The notes: generated from the letters alone by a model not told the origin. 64,000 nt of DNA from Oscillospiraceae bacterium (GCA_015063645.1 SVTS01000003.1:6422-70421); one strand, 5' to 3'. Shown: positions 45,547 through 55,537, counted from the first letter of the stretch. Numbers and translations: made by a program.

Positions 45547-46833
45547 ATGGGACAGCAAAAAAACACCGCACTCGTGCCTATCGCCGGAAAAGGAGAGAGC
45601 CTGCACGCCGTATTCACCCAGATCACAGGGGACGAACCCGCCCGGGCTCCGGGAATTCTGCGGCATGTATGCGCGCTTTTCTGTGCACTCAGCTGTCTGA
45701 TATGCATCACGGTGGTATTTCTGATCGCCCTGTCCGCAGCGGCAGGCACGGATTTCCGCATCACTGCGCTCCGCATTGCCGAGCAGGCGTTTCTGGGGAT
45801 CGGCATGGTAGAACTGACGGACGATATTCCGAAAGCGGACGGGCGTGATTTTCCTTTTCCTCAGCCGGGCACCTCGTCCCCTGCGGAGGATGAAAGCGTT
45901 CCCGAAGGCACCGCATCACCCGAAACGGGCAGCTCCGGCTCAGGCGGCGGATATCCCATTGTTCAGACGGATCTGAGCTGCGGTATGGATCTCACCGCCA
46001 TGTTCAACGAGACCTCCTACACGCCGGACACGCTGGCACTGCTGGAAGAATCGCTTCCCTTCCCGGATTTCAGCACATGGGCGGCGCAGTACGGCACGGA
46101 TGTACCGTATATACTGATCCTGCACACCCACGGAACGGAGGCTTATGCGCCGGAAGGCGCGGACAGCTACAGCGCATCCGACAGTTTCCGCTCACATAAT
46201 ACGGAAGAAAACGTGGTTGCCGTAGGTACTGCGATGGCACAGACGCTGGAGAAGGCGGGCATCCCGGTACTGCACTGCACGGAGATGTTTGACGCCGTCT
46301 CTTATACGGATGCATACAGCCTTGCCGCAGCGGCGATCCGTACATATCTGCAGAAATATCCCTCCATCCAGATCATTCTGGACGTGCACCGGGATTCCAT
46401 CGTCCGCGCCGATCAGACGAAGATGCAGCCGGTCACGAAAATCGGCGGCGTGGAGTATGCACAGTTCATGATCGTCACCGGGACGAATCACAGAGGAGCG
46501 GATTTTCCCCGCTGGACGGACAATCTGAATTTCGCCATGAAAATACAGGAGACCCTCATGGGACGCAGTGATTCCCTGGTACGGGCGATCAACCTGCGGG
46601 GTGCAACGTTCAACGGTCAGTACCGTTCAGGATCGCTTCTGCTGGAAGTCGGCTCCTGCGGCAACACGCTCTCTCAGGCAAAACGCACCGGCGTTCTTGC
46701 CGCCATCGCCATTGCCGAAGTGGTCAAAGGGAAATGCACTCTGACAGTGAACGGCATTCTCGGCGAAAGCGGCGGCGGTCGGCTGACACTGCCCGTGATG
46801 GGCACGTGGGATCAGCAGCCGAAGAGAAGCTGA
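45547..46833 (+). CDS. spoIIP: Stage II sporulation protein P
   Basis: HTHGTEAY, DVHRD and LLEVG..NT motifs; downstream of gpr. Confidence 0.92.
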   Translation: MGQQKNTALVPIAGKGESLHAVFTQITGDEPARAPGILRHVCALFCALSCLICITVVFLIALSAAAGTDFRITALRIAEQAFLGIGMVELTDDIPKADGRDFPFPQPGTSSPAEDESVPEGTASPETGSSGSGGGYPIVQTDLSCGMDLTAMFNETSYTPDTLALLEESLPFPDFSTWAAQYGTDVPYILILHTHGTEAYAPEGADSYSASDSFRSHNTEENVVAVGTAMAQTLEKAGIPVLHCTEMFDAVSYTDAYSLAAAAIRTYLQKYPSIQIILDVHRDSIVRADQTKMQPVTKIGGVEYAQFMIVTGTNHRGADFPRWTDNLNFAMKIQETLMGRSDSLVRAINLRGATFNGQYRSGSLLLEVGSCGNTLSQAKRTGVLAAIAIAEVVKGKCTLTVNGILGESGGGRLTLPVMGTWDQQPKRS

Positions 46834-47666
46834 TCCGCCTCTCCCAGATTTTCCAGAATGGCATCCGGACGTTCGCTTTCATCGGCGGCGGCTACATCTT
46901 CCAGCGTGCTCTCGCCGCTGAGGACGAGGATGGCAGTGATGCCGTGCCGCTTGCCGGTGGCGATATCGGTATACAGACGGTCGCCGAAGAGGCACATTTC
47001 CTCTTTGGCATACCCGGTGATGGAGCAGATCATCTCCGCTGTTTCCGGATAGGGCTTGCCAAAATAGGTGGGGGTCACACCGGTGGATGCAGTCACCGCC
47101 GCGGCGATAGCGCCGCTGTCGGGGATAAATCCGGTTTCGGTGGGGCAGTTGAAATCAGGATGGGTAGAGAGATACTCCGCACCCTCGCGGATAAAGGTGC
47201 AGGCGTTGGTCAGTTTTTCGTAGGTCAGCGTGGTATCAAAGCTGGTGACAACGATGTCCGGCCTGGCGGAGGGATCGGTCAGCGAACCGTCGCGGCCGCA
47301 GATCATGGGAATGCCTGCGCGTGTGAATTCATCCCACAATTCGGGAGTACCCAGCAGATATACGCTCTTTCCCGCACGGTGGGTATTCAGGAATGCGGCG
47401 GTTACGTCGCCGGAGGTCATCAGCTCCCCGTCCTGCGGCTCGAATCCCATACGCGCCAGCTTGGAATAATAAAACGTATGGGAATGTGAAGCGTTGTTGG
47501 TGAAGAAAAGCACCTGTCTGCCGCTTGCACGCAGATTACGGATAAAGCTCCGCGCAAAATCAAAGGGGATTCCGCCCAGATAGATCGTACCGTCCATATC
47601 GAAGACAAACAGTTTTTTCGATGCCAGCAGCGCTTTCAGCTGCTCTTTTGTCATATTGTTTTCCAT
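46812..47666 (-). CDS. HAD-IIA (NagD-like) phosphatase
   Basis: FDMDGTIY, TNNAS, GKP and GDRLYTDI motifs. Confidence 0.93.
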   Translation of the reverse strand: MENNMTKEQLKALLASKKLFVFDMDGTIYLGGIPFDFARSFIRNLRASGRQVLFFTNNASHSHTFYYSKLARMGFEPQDGELMTSGDVTAAFLNTHRAGKSVYLLGTPELWDEFTRAGIPMICGRDGSLTDPSARPDIVVTSFDTTLTYEKLTNACTFIREGAEYLSTHPDFNCPTETGFIPDSGAIAAAVTASTGVTPTYFGKPYPETAEMICSITGYAKEEMCLFGDRLYTDIATGKRHGITAILVLSGESTLEDVAAADESERPDAILENLGEADQLLFGC

Positions 47667-47694
47667 AGTGATTCTCCTTATCTGTATTGCTGTA

Positions 47695-48753
47695 TTATTC
47701 TTCGCCGCGTCCGTAGCGGCGCATAAGATCTTCCGTATCCGTATAGATTACCGGCGGGCATCCGCCCATACGGCAATATTTCCCGTATTCCGTCAGCGCA
47801 TCGGCATACTGCCGCTCGATCTCTGCGGCAGTCGGAAATGTGTCTCCGGAAAAAGCCGTACGGCATGGAGTCCCGAACATCCGATACATCTCTTCATAAT
47901 AGTACATACAGGATGACGCGCTCATAAGCGACAGAAACGCATCATCCGTGCGGGCTGCATGGGTGATTTTACCGCGCCAGTTGGACACCGCCTCCTCCAC
48001 CGTTCCGCCGGGAAGCGGATCGGCAGGCAGAAGCGCGGCGATCTCTTCCGTATTCCGCCAGAGGATCCGGCAAACTTCAATCAGTTCCTCCGCCGTGCCG
48101 GCATGGCAAAGACGACCGGTCAGAGACAGAAAATCTCTGGGAAGCCGTGAAAAAGCTGCCATTTCTTCCGGCATTCCCCCTGTCCCGTGATGCACACAGG
48201 CGCGGTTGAGCCGATAGACCGCCTTAGCCAGCATCTGCCAGAAACAGCCCGCCCACATACGGCGGCGTCCGAAATTCTCCGTCAGACACATGCGCCCGAA
48301 TGCTTCCGCTGCACGGTCGAGGATTGCAAACACAGCCTCACGGTCCGCCGGGGACAGCGGTGCGGCAAGCTGTCTCTGCATTCTTTCGCCCAATGCATCC
48401 CACCGCTGCCGCACAGATTCATCCCGCACATAGACAACACGGGCATCCGTCAGCTTTCCGCAGAAGGGATCGACACAGTCCACCGCCTTTTCCAGATCCG
48501 CCCAACGCTGGGTGTAGAAATCATGGGCGGTATTTCCCATAAGGAAGCAGTGGGAAATCCGATCCTCTGCGCCGTCGCGGAGAATGAGCAGAAGATCCAG
48601 ATCGGAATCCTCCCGGAAATTGCCGGCGGCAAAAGAGCCGAACACCGCCAGCAGCTCCAGATCGCCGGGGCAAAGCCTTCCGACACGTGCCAGCACCGCA
48701 TCGATGATCGCGCTGTTGCGCGCATGCAAAGCGCGGGCAATCTGCTCGTTCAT
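47695..48753 (-). CDS. Pol-beta-superfamily nucleotidyltransferase with helical C-terminal domain
   Basis: VFGSFAAG...DSDLD motif; GGAGG RBS. Confidence 0.8.
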   Translation of the reverse strand: MNEQIARALHARNSAIIDAVLARVGRLCPGDLELLAVFGSFAAGNFREDSDLDLLLILRDGAEDRISHCFLMGNTAHDFYTQRWADLEKAVDCVDPFCGKLTDARVVYVRDESVRQRWDALGERMQRQLAAPLSPADREAVFAILDRAAEAFGRMCLTENFGRRRMWAGCFWQMLAKAVYRLNRACVHHGTGGMPEEMAAFSRLPRDFLSLTGRLCHAGTAEELIEVCRILWRNTEEIAALLPADPLPGGTVEEAVSNWRGKITHAARTDDAFLSLMSASSCMYYYEEMYRMFGTPCRTAFSGDTFPTAAEIERQYADALTEYGKYCRMGGCPPVIYTDTEDLMRRYGRGEE

Positions 48754-48785
48754 TGTACACCTCCCGGGCAAAAACACAATATCTA

Positions 48786-48814
48786 TTGAAAAAACACGGA
48801 TCATGTGGTATAAT
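48786..48814 (+). promoter_or_regulatory. sigmaA promoter for coaW
   Basis: TTGAAA, 17 bp spacer, TATAAT with extended -10 TG. Confidence 0.7.
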
Positions 48815-48847
48815 GGTAAAAGAATATCCCCAAGGAGGCTTACCATT

Positions 48848-49696
48848 ATGAGTTCCCGCGTTATCCTCGGCATTGATGTGGGCGGCAGCACCACCAAAAT
48901 CTGCGGTTTTGACATCTCCGGCGACAAGCCGAAGCTGATCGCGCCGCTGTTCGTCCGCGCCACCGACCCCATTACATCCGCCTACGGCGCGCTGGGCAAG
49001 TTCACCGACCGGAACGCTCTGGCACTTACCGATATCGAAAAAGTCATGATCACCGGCGTAGGTGCTTCCCATTTCGCACGTCCCATCTACAATCTCCCCT
49101 GCGAGATGACCCCCGAATTCCACTCCGTGGGCATGGGCGGTCTGTATCTCTCGGGGCTTGACCGTGCCATCATCGTCAGCATGGGCACCGGCACCGCTCT
49201 TGTACACGCACAGCGCGGTCAGGAACCGCAGTATCTGGGCGGCACGGGTGTCGGCGGCGGCACACTGCTCGGTCTCTCCAAGAAGATGCTGGGCATGGAC
49301 AACATCCAGCACATCTCCGAGCTTGCCAAGAACGGCAATCTCTCTCTGGTAGATCTGAAAATCAACGATCTGACCAAGCACGATATTGTGCCGGGCTTCT
49401 CCGATCTGATGACCGCATCCAACTTCGGCAACATCAGCGACATCGCCACAAAAGCGGATATCGCTCTGGGCATCATCAACATGGTCTTCGAGACCATCGG
49501 CATGGTCGCTCTGTTCGCCGCACGGAATCACAATCTGCGGGATGTGGTGCTCACCGGCAATCTGACCTCGGTGGAGCAGACGCCGCAGGTATTCGGCATT
49601 CTCAACCGGATGTTTGACATGAACTTCATCATTCCGGAGCTCTCTCAGTTCGGTCCCGTCATCGGTGCCGCCCTTTCGGGAATTACAAAAGATTAA
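48848..49696 (+). CDS. coaW: Type II pantothenate kinase
   Basis: GIDVGGSTTK, TGVG, SMGTGT, GGTGVGGGT and TASNFG motifs; AAGGAGG RBS. Confidence 0.9.
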   Translation: MSSRVILGIDVGGSTTKICGFDISGDKPKLIAPLFVRATDPITSAYGALGKFTDRNALALTDIEKVMITGVGASHFARPIYNLPCEMTPEFHSVGMGGLYLSGLDRAIIVSMGTGTALVHAQRGQEPQYLGGTGVGGGTLLGLSKKMLGMDNIQHISELAKNGNLSLVDLKINDLTKHDIVPGFSDLMTASNFGNISDIATKADIALGIINMVFETIGMVALFAARNHNLRDVVLTGNLTSVEQTPQVFGILNRMFDMNFIIPELSQFGPVIGAALSGITKD

Positions 49697-49704
49697 CGGA
49701 TTCA

Positions 49705-49745
49705 TGCGGGGGTGCCTCCCAGAAAGGCATCCCCGCAATTCTTTC
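49705..49745. terminator. Terminator between convergent genes
   Basis: TGCGGGGGTGCCT/AGGCATCCCCGCA stem followed by a T-rich run. Confidence 0.65.
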
Positions 49746-50876
49746 TTATTTTACAAAATCAAAATCCCGCACAGTGACGTTTATATCACCGCTCAGACGG
49801 CACACAAGCCGGCAGTGATACCGACCGGAGGGAAGCGCATCCGCATCCATCTGTCCGATGACGTGGGACCGTTTTTCGGTGGGGAACAGCTGCATATCAA
49901 AGCTTTTCCGATTGCGCATTGCGGGCACAGCCATCCTGCAAAGCTGATTGCCTGCCGCATCGGAAATTGTCATGATCACCGCATCAATCAGGCGGTTGGC
50001 GCGAATTTCGCCGGCAAACAGAGATGCGCCGTCATATGTATCCAGCGTATCTGTCACGGCAGGTGCGGGAATGGGTGCCGGATCGGTAAAGGCACGGCAT
50101 GTGATGGGCATATAGCCCGTCTCATAGAGATTGGCAAAAGTATATTTCACATTGCCGCAGATATCGTAAACATCCTCGCCCAGCTTTTCATCGAAAGATT
50201 TATGTTCACGGCGGATGAAGCCGCGGGTCTGCTCCAGCGTCTCGGCATAACTTGCCGCAGGATCAATACTTCCGTCCGCATTGTGCACCACATGAACACC
50301 GATCACCAGCCGGGTATGACCGCTGGCGTTTTTTCTGCAGACCACAGCATCGGCTTTCTGCAGAAGTGCATAGGCGTCATACATCACCTCGGGCGCGTTC
50401 GCCCGGATTTCCTCGGAGGAAACATGATCGAACGATGCGGAAAACTCCCCGACATGCAGAAAGCCGTTATCGGGACACATCAACAGCGTGGACACCAGAG
50501 GCACATCCGCACCTGCCGCCGCCCAGGATCGAACGACAGAGCCCGAGCAGTCCGTACCGACACGGGCACTGACGCTTCCGCCGGAGACGGCATCCCACCT
50601 CAGTCCTCGAATGACGGGGATTCCCTTTTTGTCCGTCTCATCGGCATAGGCAAAGAAAGACTCCGCCGTGCCGCCTGCGTAACTGTAGAGTACGCCCCGA
50701 TACACTCTGCCCGCTTTTATGGCGAAAGCAGACTTTGCCTTTTCGGGCGGAGTATCCTTCTCCTGTGTGCAGAGGATATCCTCACCGGCACGCCACAGCG
50801 GCTCGGTTATCTTTCTCATATACGCCTCAGCAGCATCCCGTCTCGTTTGCAGAATATCATTTGTGTTCATAATCAT
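49746..50876 (-). CDS. Hypothetical protein with NlpC/P60-like cysteine hydrolase motifs
   Basis: YRGVLYSY, GTDCSG, SGHTRLV and LEQT; no signal peptide; beta-rich C-terminus. Confidence 0.65.
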   Translation of the reverse strand: MIMNTNDILQTRRDAAEAYMRKITEPLWRAGEDILCTQEKDTPPEKAKSAFAIKAGRVYRGVLYSYAGGTAESFFAYADETDKKGIPVIRGLRWDAVSGGSVSARVGTDCSGSVVRSWAAAGADVPLVSTLLMCPDNGFLHVGEFSASFDHVSSEEIRANAPEVMYDAYALLQKADAVVCRKNASGHTRLVIGVHVVHNADGSIDPAASYAETLEQTRGFIRREHKSFDEKLGEDVYDICGNVKYTFANLYETGYMPITCRAFTDPAPIPAPAVTDTLDTYDGASLFAGEIRANRLIDAVIMTISDAAGNQLCRMAVPAMRNRKSFDMQLFPTEKRSHVIGQMDADALPSGRYHCRLVCRLSGDINVTVRDFDFVK

Positions 50877-50930
50877 CTATTCCTTCAAAATCAGATTTAT
50901 TCACCGTCGGCGGAAATTCACAGCAAGGAA

Positions 50931-50963
50931 ACGGGGAGGGACTTTTGCTCAAAGTCCCTCCCC
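50931..50963. repeat. REP-like palindrome (copy B)
   Basis: ACGGGGAGGGACTTT-TGCTC-AAAGTCCCTCCCC; same stem as 37192-37229. Confidence 0.7.
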
Positions 50964-50969
50964 ACCTTT

Positions 50970-52190
50970 TTACAGCATCCGGACAGCGGATTCCACAGAA
51001 CCCGGCAGAGACGGCATCGCCTCACGGATCACACGCTCGGCAAGAACGGGCGTGATAAACTCCGTTTTGCCTGCGGGAGATGCGTCGAGGATCTCAACGT
51101 CACCAAAGAGGAGTGCGGCGCTCTCCTGAATCTCCGCACGGGAGCCGCTCACGCGGATATACATCCGGCAGCTGCTCTCGGCGAAATCCTTTACGAATCC
51201 GGCAGGAGCCGCCTCCCATGTGGGATGGGATTCGCATTTATACGCACCGCTGAACGCGGCGATAATATCGGCAATCACAGATCCGGCGGTGGGATAGCGT
51301 CCCGCGCCGCGTCCGTAGTAAAGCACGTCACCTGTCAGCCGACCGGTAACGGCAACACCGTTATACACATCATTGATATGCGCCAGCGGATTATCGTTCA
51401 TCACAATGCGCGGGCACACGGAAATTGCGGCACATTCACCCTCGCGGCGGAAGGAGCCGATCAGGCGGACAGCGCCGCCGATGCGCTTCGCCGCATCCAT
51501 GTCCGCTACGGTAAGGCGGGACATGGTTTCGGTATAGACATCTTCTTCCTTCACGATATAGCCGGTGGCAACTGCCGTCAGGATCATGATCTTACGCTGT
51601 GCGTCAAAGCCGTGGATATCCGCGGAGGGATCCTTTTCCGCATAGCCCAGCTCCTGCGCCTCAGCGAGAGCTTCCTCAAAGGAGATGCCGCCGTCGCGCA
51701 TGCGGGTGAGGATATAGTTGGTGGTTCCGTTGAGAATGCCGCTGACCGCGTCGATTTCATCCCCTGCCAGGCTGGTGCGCATGGAGCGGATTTCGGGAAT
51801 ACCGCCGCCCACGCTTGCCTCATAGAGATATGCCGCGCCGTTTGCGGCGGCAAGCTCCATCAGTTCTTTGCCGTGCTTGGCGACCAGTTCTTTATTGGAG
51901 GTGACCACATGCTTGCCGCGGGAAAGCGCCTCGCGGCTGAAGGTCAGAGCGGGATTCACACCGCCCATTGTCTCCACTACAAGAGCGATCTCCGGATCAT
52001 CCAAAAGGATGTTCACATCGTGGATCACCCGATCCCCGTAGGGGGAATCGGGGAAATCACGCAGATCGAGAATATATTTTACATGGACTTCGTCGCCTGC
52101 CATCCGGCGGATCGCAGGGGCATTTTCGTCGATCAGCGCGGCAACGCCGCCGCCGACCACGCCGAAGCCGATTATTGCGATTTCTTTCAT
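50970..52190 (-). CDS. hom: Homoserine dehydrogenase
   Basis: IGFGVVG, VVTSNK, YEASVGGGIP, GILNGTTNYIL and GYAE.DP..D motifs. Confidence 0.95.
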   Translation of the reverse strand: MKEIAIIGFGVVGGGVAALIDENAPAIRRMAGDEVHVKYILDLRDFPDSPYGDRVIHDVNILLDDPEIALVVETMGGVNPALTFSREALSRGKHVVTSNKELVAKHGKELMELAAANGAAYLYEASVGGGIPEIRSMRTSLAGDEIDAVSGILNGTTNYILTRMRDGGISFEEALAEAQELGYAEKDPSADIHGFDAQRKIMILTAVATGYIVKEEDVYTETMSRLTVADMDAAKRIGGAVRLIGSFRREGECAAISVCPRIVMNDNPLAHINDVYNGVAVTGRLTGDVLYYGRGAGRYPTAGSVIADIIAAFSGAYKCESHPTWEAAPAGFVKDFAESSCRMYIRVSGSRAEIQESAALLFGDVEILDASPAGKTEFITPVLAERVIREAMPSLPGSVESAVRML

Positions 52191-52239
52191 CGGAATGTCC
52201 TTTCCGGCATTCTGCCGTGCGGAATATAGTATACAGTTG

Positions 52240-52268
52240 ATTATACCACAGTTTTTTACAATATGCAA
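52240..52268 (-). promoter_or_regulatory. sigmaA promoter for hom
   Basis: TTGCAT, 17 bp spacer, TATAAT with extended -10 TG. Confidence 0.65.
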
Positions 52269-52320
52269 GATTCTGTCACGAATTCTTTGGGATTTGTCAG
52301 TCTTTCTGCCCGCCGCAGAA

Positions 52321-52884
52321 TCAGATTTCCGCGATGACGCGGCACGGCAGTCCCGTCATTTCCGAAAAATTCATCGGACAGGTGCGGGCAGTAAACCGTC
52401 CTCCCGCGTCCAGCACCGCTTTCAGATTACAGAGATTTTCGATAACAAACACACCTCTGTCCGCGCAGTACTGATCGGCGGGAATATGCTCTTTTCCCCG
52501 GCGGATACCGGCGAAATCCACACCGATGAGGGAGACACCCTTCTGCACCAGCGCTTCGATCAGTTCCGGCGAAAGCTGCGGATGATCCGCGAAATACGAT
52601 TTGGTTCCGTACACTTCCCTCTCCGAAAACCCTGTATAAAAAGCGACAAACATATCGGCAGACACCCCTTCCATATCCACATCGGACAGGGTGATATCCC
52701 GCGCTTTCACAGAAGAAACATCCAATACGATGCCCTGCCGGGCGGTGTATTCCAGGGGAAATTCCTTATCCATCACATCAAAATGGGTGCCCAGATGTCC
52801 GCTCAGGGTGATTTTCTCATTGTCCTGCGCGTCCGCGGTCATTTTCGGGGTTATTTTCAGTGTAATATCAATCAGCATCGTCAC
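52321..52884 (-). CDS. Cyclase family (kynurenine formamidase-like) protein
   Basis: HLGTHFD, IGVD, IENL and GLPCRV motifs. Confidence 0.85.
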   Translation of the reverse strand: MTMLIDITLKITPKMTADAQDNEKITLSGHLGTHFDVMDKEFPLEYTARQGIVLDVSSVKARDITLSDVDMEGVSADMFVAFYTGFSEREVYGTKSYFADHPQLSPELIEALVQKGVSLIGVDFAGIRRGKEHIPADQYCADRGVFVIENLCNLKAVLDAGGRFTARTCPMNFSEMTGLPCRVIAEI

Positions 52885-53564
52885 TTTACCGCGCCGTCAT
52901 GCCCCGTTTCGCTTCCCTGCTGGATAATCTTCCCTACAGTACGCAGACGATCTGCGGCGTGGGCGCAGATCAGATCCGCCTGCATCTCGATGGCGGGTGC
53001 TTTCCAGTGGAATACGTCCCGCATGTGCTCCTCCGACGCCAGCGGTGCCAGCGGCGTATTCAGATCCAGCACGGGAAGATTTTTCTCCTCCGCCAGCAGA
53101 CGGATATATGCATTCAGTTCATCCACAACCGCGTTTCGCTTCGGATCGCTCAGCGGCGTGCAGAGCGTCAGGGTGAGAAGCGCATCCGGCTTTTTGGCAG
53201 AAATGAATTCCGCGGCGGCGCGATAGGCGTTCTGCCACTCCGCACGATCGGTGGTCAGGCTGTGAAGACCGTTGTTGAAGCTGATCAGATCATACTCCGC
53301 ACCGTCCAGAATGAAATCCAATTCGCGGAAATAATCGGGATCGGTGACACATTTTGACGTTGCCCAGTAGGTGATATTGGCGCGCTCCGCCAGCTTTTCC
53401 CGCACCTTTCCGTGATAACCGTGGCAGATGGAATCGCCGATCAGAAGCAGGCGCGGCGACACATTGTCCCGTGCGTTGAACGCATAAGTGATCGTCCATT
53501 CGATGTTTTCTCTTTCCCGGGATGTATTTTCCGGCTGAAATGCGCGGTAATCTGCTGCAGACAT
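52881..53564 (-). CDS. SGNH/GDSL hydrolase
   Basis: IGDSI, FNNGLH and DVFH motifs; GGAGG RBS. Confidence 0.85.
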   Translation of the reverse strand: MSAADYRAFQPENTSRERENIEWTITYAFNARDNVSPRLLLIGDSICHGYHGKVREKLAERANITYWATSKCVTDPDYFRELDFILDGAEYDLISFNNGLHSLTTDRAEWQNAYRAAAEFISAKKPDALLTLTLCTPLSDPKRNAVVDELNAYIRLLAEEKNLPVLDLNTPLAPLASEEHMRDVFHWKAPAIEMQADLICAHAADRLRTVGKIIQQGSETGHDGAVK

Positions 53565-53599
53565 ATCTGTCCTCCGTGTATATAAATAGTATTGTATGT

Positions 53600-53628
53600 A
53601 TTATAGCACACCCGACTCCGGATTGCAA
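53600..53628 (-). promoter_or_regulatory. sigmaA promoter for the SGNH-cyclase pair
   Basis: TTGCAA, 17 bp spacer, TATAAT with extended -10 TG. Confidence 0.65.
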
Positions 53629-53667
53629 GAAATTGCGGAAGCAGGATAAATTTTTTATATTTTCCCC

Positions 53668-53726
53668 TTGACAACAGTATTCTACTGTGATAGAATACAA
53701 TCAGAATGCATTCTATCACAGTAGAA
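53668..53726 (+). promoter_or_regulatory. sigmaA promoter with two palindromic BlaI-type operators
   Basis: TTGACA-N17-TAGAAT; GTATTCTA-CTGTGA-TAGAATAC at 53677-53698 and TTCTA-TCACAG-TAGAA at 53711-53726. Confidence 0.75.
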
Positions 53727-53738
53727 CAGGGGATTACT

Positions 53739-54098
53739 ATGGACAAAAAACTGCATCCATCCGAGATCAATGTCATGAACATCGTATGGGAAAAGGGGAT
53801 CTGCTCCGCCAAGGATATCGCCGCCGCGCTGGCACAGTCGGTGGGATGGAGCAAAACGACCACCTACACCGTCATCGGAAAATGTCTGAACAAGGGCGTT
53901 CTGCGCCGCACGGATCCGGGATTCCTTTGTGAGGCTATTCTGTCCCGTGAGGAAGCCCGGGCGGCGGAGACGGGCGAGCTGATCGACCGCTTTTACGGCG
54001 GATCCCCCGATGCGCTTGTAGCATCGATCCTTGGCAGCGGCAGACTGACGAAAGAGGAAATCGACCGTCTGCGGAAAATGATCGGTGAGCTGTCATGA
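53739..54098 (+). CDS. BlaI/MecI/CopY family repressor
   Basis: SE..VM..VW, WSKTTTYT, KG.L.R and FYGGS motifs. Confidence 0.92.
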   Translation: MDKKLHPSEINVMNIVWEKGICSAKDIAAALAQSVGWSKTTTYTVIGKCLNKGVLRRTDPGFLCEAILSREEARAAETGELIDRFYGGSPDALVASILGSGRLTKEEIDRLRKMIGELS

Positions 54099-55537
54099 GC
54101 GCCGCCGTGCTCCTGCATGTAACGCTCAGCGGTACGGTGCTCATCCTGTACGGGATTCTGATGCGTCTCATCGCCGGGAAACGGATTTCTCCGCTGTTTT
54201 TCCGCACACTGTGGATCATTGCCGCTTTGCGGCTGTTGATTCTCACGCCCCTTTCCTCTCCCGCCGGGCAGCTTCCCGCGCCCGGAAATGACGGATTTTC
54301 CACCGCCGTTCTGCCCCTGCCGGGCATTCTGCCGTCTGGCGGCGGTACTGTTCCCGCCGGAAAGGATATACCGTGGCTGATGCTTGTATGGGGAGGAATT
54401 GCGCTGATTTTGGCGACGCGGATCGCAGTCCGGCACGGAATCTGGCTGCACCGCATGAAAAGCACGGCGCAGTCAGAGGAAATCACTCCGATGACGAACA
54501 TCCGCCGCACGGTACGTTTGTGTGTATCGCCGGAGGCAGATTCCCCCTGTACAGCAGGCATTTTCCGTCCGATGATCGTTCTGCCCATTCCCGCCGCCGA
54601 TTATGAAAGCAGCACTCTCGCCTGCATTCTTGCCCACGAGAGTGCGCATATCCGCCGTCTGGATGCGGCAGTCCGGGTACTGTTTTCCGCCGTGCTCTGT
54701 CTGCACTGGTTCAATCCGTTTGTCTATATCATGATCCGCCTTGCAAACTGTGATCTGGAACGCGTATGCGATGCAGACGCCCTCGCCCTGCTTGGAGAGG
54801 AACGCCGCACCGCATATGCTAAGGCTTTGCTGGATCTGGCGGAGGCACGCACCGCGGTGCTGTCTCTCGCCGGGCATTCCATGAGAGAAAGGATCATTTC
54901 CATTATGAAAATCAACCGCTATTCCGCGCCTGCCGCCGCCATTGCCGCCGCATTGTGCATCGGCTGTGCCGCCGTATTTGCCGCATCGCCCCATTCCTTC
55001 ACGGAGATCCCCGGCTCGGATCTCCCCATATCCGCCGTAACGCTCCCGGCAGAAACTGCCGCATCTGCCGAAACCGCTGTACAGATGCCGCCGGCTGCGG
55101 AAACAGACTCCCCTGCTGTGGAAAGCTGGTTATTCCCCCTTCCTGCAAACACGCCGTGGGAGATCACGCAGCCGTTCGGCTATATCAGTTATGCGGGAGT
55201 CAGCCATTTCCACAACGGAACGGACATTTCCGCCCCGGAGGATACGGTACTGCTTGCCGCGCTGTCCGGAACGGTCATTACTGCTGAATATTCGTATGAA
55301 ACCGGCAATCACATCGTCGTGGAAACCGCCGGAGGCATCCGGTATGAATACCGGCACTGCGCCAGACTTTTGGCGGAAGCCGGCGACACGGTACAGCGCG
55401 GCGACAGCATTGCCGTGATCGGTCAGACAGGAGATGCAACCGGCATTCACCTGCATTTCGGTGTAGAGACCGATGGTGCAAGCTGTGATCCCATGGGCAT
55501 GTTTACCCGCCGGGAAGTTACCGCATCCGCCGAATGA
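54095..55537 (+). CDS. BlaR1-type M56 metallopeptidase fused to an M23 peptidase domain
   Basis: LW...LRLL, GIFRP, HESAH, HWFNP, E..CD; M23 motifs HNGTD, YRH and HLHF. Confidence 0.88.
   Translation: MSAAVLLHVTLSGTVLILYGILMRLIAGKRISPLFFRTLWIIAALRLLILTPLSSPAGQLPAPGNDGFSTAVLPLPGILPSGGGTVPAGKDIPWLMLVWGGIALILATRIAVRHGIWLHRMKSTAQSEEITPMTNIRRTVRLCVSPEADSPCTAGIFRPMIVLPIPAADYESSTLACILAHESAHIRRLDAAVRVLFSAVLCLHWFNPFVYIMIRLANCDLERVCDADALALLGEERRTAYAKALLDLAEARTAVLSLAGHSMRERIISIMKINRYSAPAAAIAAALCIGCAAVFAASPHSFTEIPGSDLPISAVTLPAETAASAETAVQMPPAAETDSPAVESWLFPLPANTPWEITQPFGYISYAGVSHFHNGTDISAPEDTVLLAALSGTVITAEYSYETGNHIVVETAGGIRYEYRHCARLLAEAGDTVQRGDSIAVIGQTGDATGIHLHFGVETDGASCDPMGMFTRREVTASAE

Noticed and set aside
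46812-46833. Convergent 3' overlaps (spoIIP/HAD here; M56-M23/ATPase at 55518-55537)
   Set aside because: Overlaps of 20-22 bp are common in compact genomes, with no sign of a function.
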